Source of the DNA: Anaerohalosphaeraceae bacterium | Lineage (GTDB): Bacteria > Planctomycetota > Phycisphaerae > Sedimentisphaerales > Anaerohalosphaeraceae | Direction of reading: 5' to 3' | DNA length: 64,000 bases | Assembly: GCA_963675525.2 (NCBI GenBank) | Contig: CAXXSL010000019.1 | Coordinates: 128,001-192,000, forward strand | Part shown: piece by piece, positions 57,941-64,000 of the stretch | How positions within the stretch are numbered: position 1 is the stretch's first letter | Layout: each line of letters starts with the position of its first letter | The notes under the pieces: generated by a model | The model's database searches: none | What the model was told of the DNA's origin: nothing | What the model saw: the letters and a program-made list of their open reading frames with translations, nothing else | Made by a program: the position numbers and the translations under genes

Positions 57941-60235
57941 TTAAACAGGTTGCTCGACATGGACGCGCTGATATTCCTGGTAGGAACGGTAGTATTCGCG
58001 GAAGTAACCGCCTTTTCGGGTCTTGACGCCCATAAGGACAGTGCCAATGATCTCAGCGTTGACTTCGCGAAGTTCACGCAGGATTCTCATGCCGGCGCCG
58101 CGGTGAGTTGCAGCAGCATTGAGTACCAGAATTGTACCGTCAACCTGTGCGGCCAATGCTTTGGCGTCGCTGACCAGTGTTGCCGGGCCGTCAATGATGA
58201 CGTAATCGAATTGTTGTTTACAATTTTCCAGTAGCGATTTCATGCGTGTGGTCGTGAACAACTCCGTCGGGTTAGCCGGTAGCGGGCCGCTGTCTACGAC
58301 AGAGAGATTCTCGATGCCGCTGGGACGAATGACCTGGCTTTGGTCGGCACATTGCCCCATGAGGTAATTGCTGAGCCCGTAATCGAAAAACTCAACCGGA
58401 GAACCGTTGGCCTTGGCGTGCGGGAACAATCGGGTTGTAGTCGGCCGGCGGAAGTTGGCATCGATCAGCAGAACGGTTTTGTCCTCAGCCAGCAGGGTGC
58501 TTGCCATATTGACAGCAACAGTGGTTTTGCCGTCTCCGGCGGAACCGCTGGTAACGAGCAGGATTTTATGCATAATACCGCCCGGCCCGGACAATTTCAG
58601 ATTTGTACGGAGTTGACGATAGCATTCGCTCATGATCGAGTAGGGGGCCTGGCGAACGACGTGATAAAGGTCAACGCCTTCGACGTCATCATCATCGTCG
58701 AGGTGACAAATTGATCCCATGAGTGGAGTCTTCAGATGCCGCATCACATCACTGGGAGTCCGTATCAGGTCGTTGAGCATTTCGACTGCAAAGGCCAGTC
58801 CCAGTCCGAACAAGAGCCCCAGCACGAAGCCGCCCGGGATGAACAAGAGCGGACTTGGGAAGCTTTTTTCACGGGGTACCGGAGTGAGCCCCATTGACCT
58901 GAGTGTGCTCAACTTGGGATCGTTGTACACGGACTTCAATTCCTCGATTTGACGAGTAATGTCTTCCAGGCGAGTCTGTTTTTCTTCCCGCTGTCTTTCA
59001 TATTTGGCGTATTCGGTTCGAATCTTGTCGATATCCTTGTATTCTGTCTGCGCCACGGCAAGCGCCCGTTTATTGCTTTCCAGTTGTTGCGTCAGAGTGG
59101 CCAGTTCGTCCTGAGCCCGCTGATGTGCAGATGTCCGAATGATCTCACCGATTTCAAATTGCCTCTTGGCCAGATCATCCTGCATTGTCTTCAAGGTAGC
59201 GCGAATTTCTCGGACGAGACGATGCTCTTCACCGAAGCGGTTCAGTCGCCTGCTGAGGAGCGGTTCCATCTGGGCAATAGAGTTGCGCATCTGGCGGGCG
59301 ATGGGGTCGCTTTCAATTTGCTCCTTGACCACTTGGTCGTACTCGATGGACTCGGCTCGTTTCTTTGTTATTTCCAGTTGTCTTTGAAGACCGCTGCCTC
59401 GTGTGTTTAGTTGGTTGAAGGTGTCTTCCAGATCGGTCAACTTCTCATCCATATAATCGCGAAATGACTGGTTTGGACCCAGGTTCAAGCGTGCAAAACG
59501 CGTTCCTGCACTGATGGCCTCAAGGGTTTTGACCGTATCATTCAGACTGGCTTGTATATCGTTTTGCTGTTTGGTTCGTTCGGTTAATTGTTCTGAGATA
59601 TCGCGTGTGGCAAGGTTATGCTGCTCTTGCATGAACAGGCGAATCATTTCATCAACGATTGTTGCGGCTTCTTTGGCTTTGCCGCAGGTCATTGAAATAC
59701 GAATGAAAGTTTGATCTCGGGGGGCGGCGGCCCTTAAGCTGTCTTCATCAAGGTCCTCGAAGGCTTCTGTGATCGCTTTTTCTTTGTCGCCGATGATTTG
59801 CCCCTCTTGATCAATCTTCGCAAAGCGTTTGAACCAATGAGTATCCTGAACTTTCGGCTGATTGATCAATTTTTCCAACATTCCCTGCTGTTTGATCAGT
59901 GAAGCCATCGTGAAACGGTGTTGGTAATAAATATCTTTATTCGGCGGTGTTTGTTCAATCTCTGTTGGATTCTTGAGACCAGGAGGGTCGATGTGGATGC
60001 CGCCCACGGCGGTATATTTTGGAATCAGGACGTCACAGAGAAACCATGCAATTCCACCGATGATCGTTCCTGACACAGTCAAGCCGATGATCATCCAGAT
60101 GTGACGGCGCAGAATCCCTACGATTTCCTTCGGTGTCATGGCCATTGCGCCGGCAACAACCGGGGGGGCTATTTTGGGGCGAGACGGCCTGACCGGCGGC
60201 ATCGCATTATTCGGTTTTTGAATGGGGTTATTCAT
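57941..60235 (-). CDS. wzc: Polysaccharide co-polymerase / BY-kinase (Wzc/GumC-like)
   Basis: Two TM segments around a coiled coil; ECYRQLRTNL, Walker A GSAGDGKTT, LLIDAN, IIDGP, C-terminal Tyr cluster GGYFREYYRSYQEY. Confidence 0.9.
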   Translation of the reverse strand: MNNPIQKPNNAMPPVRPSRPKIAPPVVAGAMAMTPKEIVGILRRHIWMIIGLTVSGTIIGGIAWFLCDVLIPKYTAVGGIHIDPPGLKNPTEIEQTPPNKDIYYQHRFTMASLIKQQGMLEKLINQPKVQDTHWFKRFAKIDQEGQIIGDKEKAITEAFEDLDEDSLRAAAPRDQTFIRISMTCGKAKEAATIVDEMIRLFMQEQHNLATRDISEQLTERTKQQNDIQASLNDTVKTLEAISAGTRFARLNLGPNQSFRDYMDEKLTDLEDTFNQLNTRGSGLQRQLEITKKRAESIEYDQVVKEQIESDPIARQMRNSIAQMEPLLSRRLNRFGEEHRLVREIRATLKTMQDDLAKRQFEIGEIIRTSAHQRAQDELATLTQQLESNKRALAVAQTEYKDIDKIRTEYAKYERQREEKQTRLEDITRQIEELKSVYNDPKLSTLRSMGLTPVPREKSFPSPLLFIPGGFVLGLLFGLGLAFAVEMLNDLIRTPSDVMRHLKTPLMGSICHLDDDDDVEGVDLYHVVRQAPYSIMSECYRQLRTNLKLSGPGGIMHKILLVTSGSAGDGKTTVAVNMASTLLAEDKTVLLIDANFRRPTTTRLFPHAKANGSPVEFFDYGLSNYLMGQCADQSQVIRPSGIENLSVVDSGPLPANPTELFTTTRMKSLLENCKQQFDYVIIDGPATLVSDAKALAAQVDGTILVLNAAATHRGAGMRILRELREVNAEIIGTVLMGVKTRKGGYFREYYRSYQEYQRVHVEQPV

Positions 60236-60261
60236 ATTCAGTCTCCCTGTTCATAAGACCC

Positions 60262-63200
60262 TTATAACTTCAATCGTTCAATTGCCTGCTGCAACAGTTG
60301 TTTTTCTTTTTCCGGGATGTCTCCGGTGGTTCCCATTGCCTTCTGGTAAAAGTCTCTTGCCTGGCTGTTTTCCCCCAGTCCTTCGTATACCATTCCCAGA
60401 TGTTTAAACATATCCCAGGGAATCGGCGTATTCGAAACCTGATTTAATTGCATTGCCCGGAGAAGATTTCGTTCCGCTTCTTCGTAGCGGCCTGCTTTGC
60501 ACAAACCATAACCATAAGTATCCAGATAAATGGCATTGTCCGTGTCACCCTGGACTGCTTTACGAGCATAACCAACGGCCGTTTCCAATTGCATATCATT
60601 GTCGATTAACAAAAAGGCCAGATTGTTCAACACGGAAGCATTTTCCGGCTGTTTTTCCAGCATCGCTTCGAATAGTGAGACCGAGCGATCCAGATAATTA
60701 TTGTCTCCGGTTTTAATATATGCCAAGAGCAGCACATTACTTTTATCGGTTGCTAATGAAAGCCATGCTGGGTGATCTGTTCCCAACAGCTTTATGCATT
60801 GGTCCAGATGTTCTACGGCGTCATTGTAGCGTCCCTCTATTTCGGCGAGTCGGTAGGCCAGCAAATGAACGGGGATAGAATCCGGGTCCTGTAACAATTG
60901 TTCTTGACACCACGACTCGATGGGTTTTGGTCCTACGGACTTCAACATATTTGCTAAAAGGAGTTCCTGCATTTTTTTACTTGCCCCCATTTTTTGAAGG
61001 GCTTTTTCAAAACTATCGTTCGCTTTGTCGGGCTGATTCAATTTTAATTGAATCAGGGCCATATAGGAATAGGCAGCCGGTGCGGCCGGGGTGTCAATAA
61101 ATTCGGATGCAAATGAGAAGGCCTTATCATATTGCCCACCCTCATATAAACTCTTAAGATACGAAACAAAAAGGCTCATTGGCTGGTTCTGTCTCTGTAC
61201 GCTAAGATCCCATGCACGCTGTAATAATGCTTGTGCTGTTACAAAGTCTTTCTGTTCGATGCAGTATTCCCCGACCCGTTGAAGCCAAAAGACACTTTCG
61301 GGATATTTGTCAAGTGTACTTTGATAAAATTTTCCAAGTTCTCCAAAATCCTTCGTTTCCTTATAAATGGATTCGATCATAGACCAGAGCTGAAAAGGAG
61401 CCTGCGGGTCATTCAGTCCCTCTTTTAATTCCCCGATCGCTCCCTGAGGATTCCCCATTTCATTGTAAATAGATGCCAGTTCGAGGCGTATGTTCGGATT
61501 CGGCAGAATACGTTTGCTGCGTTGTAAGTCCCCGATTGCCTTTTGAGGTTGATTCATCAGGTGGTACAATCGACCACGGAGCCGCCATGCGCCGGCGTTC
61601 TCCGTATCTGTTTCAAGATAACGATTGGACAACGAAAGCGCCTCTTCAAGATTCCCATTTCTCATTTGGATCCAGCCTTCCAGAAGGAATACAAGCGTTT
61701 CTTCCGGATAGCGTTCTTTAAAGCCTTCCACTTTTTCCGCCACTTCTTCGGTAAAAGCATTATCCAGATATTTCTGGAATAAAAATAACTCAGCTTCTTT
61801 ACTGTCAACCACATCCTTCAGAATATCCAAATACTGTTTAACCTGTTGGCGATCCCCCATGCCTTCGGCGACCAGAACGAATCCGCGAAGCACCAGTTCG
61901 TTCTTTGGGTCCTTTTCATATAAACCGTCCAGTATCTCCTTTGCTTGTTCAAATTGGCTGTTTCTCAGGTAATATTTCCAGAGCAAATTCTGGTCATCTT
62001 TGAGCAGCTCGACGGCCTCCTGTTCTTTTCCGGAGAGGCTGAGAAAATTGGCATACACTTCTTGAGCATTTTTGTTTTCCGGATCCAATTCAATGGCTCG
62101 TTGATAAGCCTTGTTCGCTAATTCGACGAGTCCGGTTCTCTTGGCCGCGTCCCATTCAGACTTTGCCTGTCGCGTTGCCATATTTCCCAGCATTAACGCG
62201 TTTTGAACACTGGGGTAACTTTCCAGTAGAAGCTGACGAATTGAAATCGCATCGTCCGGTTTATCTGAACTAATGATTTCGGCATACACGCTCTGCAGTT
62301 GCCAGTCTTTGGGATTTAAAGCCATTGCCCTCACAACGGCCTCCTGAGCCTCGGCTTTTTGTTGTGGCGTGACCTTGCTGCCGAGTTTTGTGTTTTGCGC
62401 GAACAGATAGGATGCCATATTCCTGGCATAAAGGGAATTCTTGGGATCCATTCTTATGGCAGTTTGAAGATTTTCAATTGCCGGCTCATAATCTTCAAGT
62501 TGGTGATAAACCTGGCTTTTCAGGGAATAGATCTCACTGGACAGCGGCTGAAGCCTCAGGGATTCTTCCAGCCGACGAAGGGCGAGCGGGTAGTTTTTCC
62601 TGACGATTTCGAGCCGTGCAGAGTACACGCCGCCTTCGCAGCCATCGATATTCAGTTCACGAATTGGTTTTAAAAGACTTTCCGCCGTCTGGAAATCCTC
62701 TTGGGCTATGGCGAGGGTAAATTTTAGATCCAGTACCTGTGTATCTTTATCTGCGTCTTCTTTAGGAATTCCCTGAAGCATATTGACGGCCTTTACATAA
62801 TCGCCCTGTTCACGGTACAGCTTTGCCAGTTCCAGTGATTTGTTATTTGAATCGGGCAGGGCATTTAAGACCTGCAGTACAAGTTCCTGTTGCCGTTGGC
62901 GAGAAATTTGAGCAGGGTTTTCTTCCTGTATCTGAAGTTTAAGCACTTTTAACGGCATATTGTCGGGGTACTCCGACAAATACTGATCGATCAGTGCGAC
63001 AGCTGCTTGTGTCTGGTTGCTTTGTATAAAGTCATAACAAACGGTAGTCAAGAGCCCACCATCAAGCATTTCAGGGCTCTGGTCGAGCAAATCACGGAGC
63101 AGTTGACTTCGTTCTGTGCGTAATTCTGTTAATTGCTGTGTTTGTTCCGCTGAAGGGATCTGAGAATCTTCCTGTTGTTTGGTGGAAAGTTTGATTTGAG

Positions 63201-64000
63201 TGATTTGACTGGTTAACAGATCGATTTTTAGTCGGAGTCTGATCGGTTCCGTTTCGGGTATTTCTAAAAGTGCCTGTTGAGCTTTTTCGACCTCGTTCAA
63301 GGCGGTCAGTGCCTGGACTCTGATTGTTTGGCTTTTAAGATCGATCCCCCAACGACCTTGATAATTGTCCATGATCGACAATACCGTTGGCCATGCACGC
63401 AGTTGCCCCATGATTTCGGCATAATCCAGCAATAACCAGGGTTTTTGTAAAACGATTGGGTTTTGGTTGGCGATGGCTTTACCCAAAAATTCAAATCGCA
63501 TTCCCTGTTCGTTCTTATTCTTCATAGCATCGGCCAGCATGACACATAGAACCGGATCGATCTGAGATCGCTCCATCTGTTTGTCCAGTGCTTTAGACTG
63601 CTCATAGGACTGATACATCAGTCGAACGGCTTTGTCGTCTTGGCCTTTTGCCAGGGCCAGCATTCCCTGAAATTTTTGAACCGTGGGGTTTTCGGCGGCT
63701 CCGAAATAACTGGTGACTTCGTCAACTCGCTCCTGAGCCTTCTGGATCCATCCCTGGGCAGCAGCTTTGTTTTCCGAGTTATTTTCCTGTAATGCTTTTT
63801 CAATATAAAGTTCAGAAAGAAACATGTTGACGAAATTACGATAGGCCAGATTTTGACTCCGTCGCGGACCGGGACTGTCTTGAGTGCCCGGTTTAGTCAA
63901 TGTGTTCTCAGCCATTTGTATCGCATCTGCAATGGCATCCGGATCACCAAAGGCCGAGCCTTTCCGGTATAAAAGCCGCGCCACCCGAATAGCATATTGG
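60262..64000 (-). CDS. Large tetratricopeptide-repeat protein; 5' end lies beyond the right edge
   Basis: More than 1240 aa of TPR-like repeats (AIELDPEN, VLNNLAFLL, YLDTYG); frame is open upstream of 63984 to the window edge. Confidence 0.9.
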   Translation of the reverse strand, partial: QYAIRVARLLYRKGSAFGDPDAIADAIQMAENTLTKPGTQDSPGPRRSQNLAYRNFVNMFLSELYIEKALQENNSENKAAAQGWIQKAQERVDEVTSYFGAAENPTVQKFQGMLALAKGQDDKAVRLMYQSYEQSKALDKQMERSQIDPVLCVMLADAMKNKNEQGMRFEFLGKAIANQNPIVLQKPWLLLDYAEIMGQLRAWPTVLSIMDNYQGRWGIDLKSQTIRVQALTALNEVEKAQQALLEIPETEPIRLRLKIDLLTSQITQIKLSTKQQEDSQIPSAEQTQQLTELRTERSQLLRDLLDQSPEMLDGGLLTTVCYDFIQSNQTQAAVALIDQYLSEYPDNMPLKVLKLQIQEENPAQISRQRQQELVLQVLNALPDSNNKSLELAKLYREQGDYVKAVNMLQGIPKEDADKDTQVLDLKFTLAIAQEDFQTAESLLKPIRELNIDGCEGGVYSARLEIVRKNYPLALRRLEESLRLQPLSSEIYSLKSQVYHQLEDYEPAIENLQTAIRMDPKNSLYARNMASYLFAQNTKLGSKVTPQQKAEAQEAVVRAMALNPKDWQLQSVYAEIISSDKPDDAISIRQLLLESYPSVQNALMLGNMATRQAKSEWDAAKRTGLVELANKAYQRAIELDPENKNAQEVYANFLSLSGKEQEAVELLKDDQNLLWKYYLRNSQFEQAKEILDGLYEKDPKNELVLRGFVLVAEGMGDRQQVKQYLDILKDVVDSKEAELFLFQKYLDNAFTEEVAEKVEGFKERYPEETLVFLLEGWIQMRNGNLEEALSLSNRYLETDTENAGAWRLRGRLYHLMNQPQKAIGDLQRSKRILPNPNIRLELASIYNEMGNPQGAIGELKEGLNDPQAPFQLWSMIESIYKETKDFGELGKFYQSTLDKYPESVFWLQRVGEYCIEQKDFVTAQALLQRAWDLSVQRQNQPMSLFVSYLKSLYEGGQYDKAFSFASEFIDTPAAPAAYSYMALIQLKLNQPDKANDSFEKALQKMGASKKMQELLLANMLKSVGPKPIESWCQEQLLQDPDSIPVHLLAYRLAEIEGRYNDAVEHLDQCIKLLGTDHPAWLSLATDKSNVLLLAYIKTGDNNYLDRSVSLFEAMLEKQPENASVLNNLAFLLIDNDMQLETAVGYARKAVQGDTDNAIYLDTYGYGLCKAGRYEEAERNLLRAMQLNQVSNTPIPWDMFKHLGMVYEGLGENSQARDFYQKAMGTTGDIPEKEKQLLQQAIERLKL

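Overview
64 kb window, most likely from a planctomycete of the Phycisphaerae/Sedimentisphaerales type (inferred from the ECF+FecR pairs, PEP-CTERM proteins, a prepilin/H-X9-DG protein and dockerin-like tails, not from a marker gene). Bases 1-26.3 kb are a pectin/rhamnogalacturonan utilisation block: a beta-helix protein, an isomerase-split transketolase-FGGY kinase operon matching the D-apiose transketolase pathway layout, GH105, two GH28, a GH106-like protein, a GPH transporter with a GH112 phosphorylase, tandem CE12, GH35, GH51 and tandem GH43. Two parallel cassettes (26.6-35.7 kb and 44.0-51.8 kb) each hold an ECF sigma, a FecR-like sensor, a small PEP-CTERM protein, a long head-Ig-LamG-dockerin-like protein and a glycosidase with a dockerin-like module; cassette 1 also has a prepilin-like protein. 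In each cassette the PEP-CTERM protein and the long protein carry the same kind of N-terminal head (about 73% identical in cassette 2), and no SusC/SusD or TonB-dependent receptor is visible. This is the best candidate for an undescribed glycan sensing/capture system. Between the cassettes is a XylR-regulated AKR/ADH/ABC/FucU operon. Signs of island accretion and decay: a degenerate tRNA-fMet 3' half (6.4 kb), a truncated ABC permease, a 31-codon GH29 fucosidase remnant, and a 61-bp repeat (57/61 identical) duplicating the sequence downstream of tRNA-Asn and bracketing cassette 2. Beyond tRNA-Asn (54.3 kb) are a Ser/Thr kinase, phosphoesterase, GGDEF protein, Wzc-type tyrosine kinase and a large TPR protein. 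All family calls are from motif recognition by eye; no searches were run.
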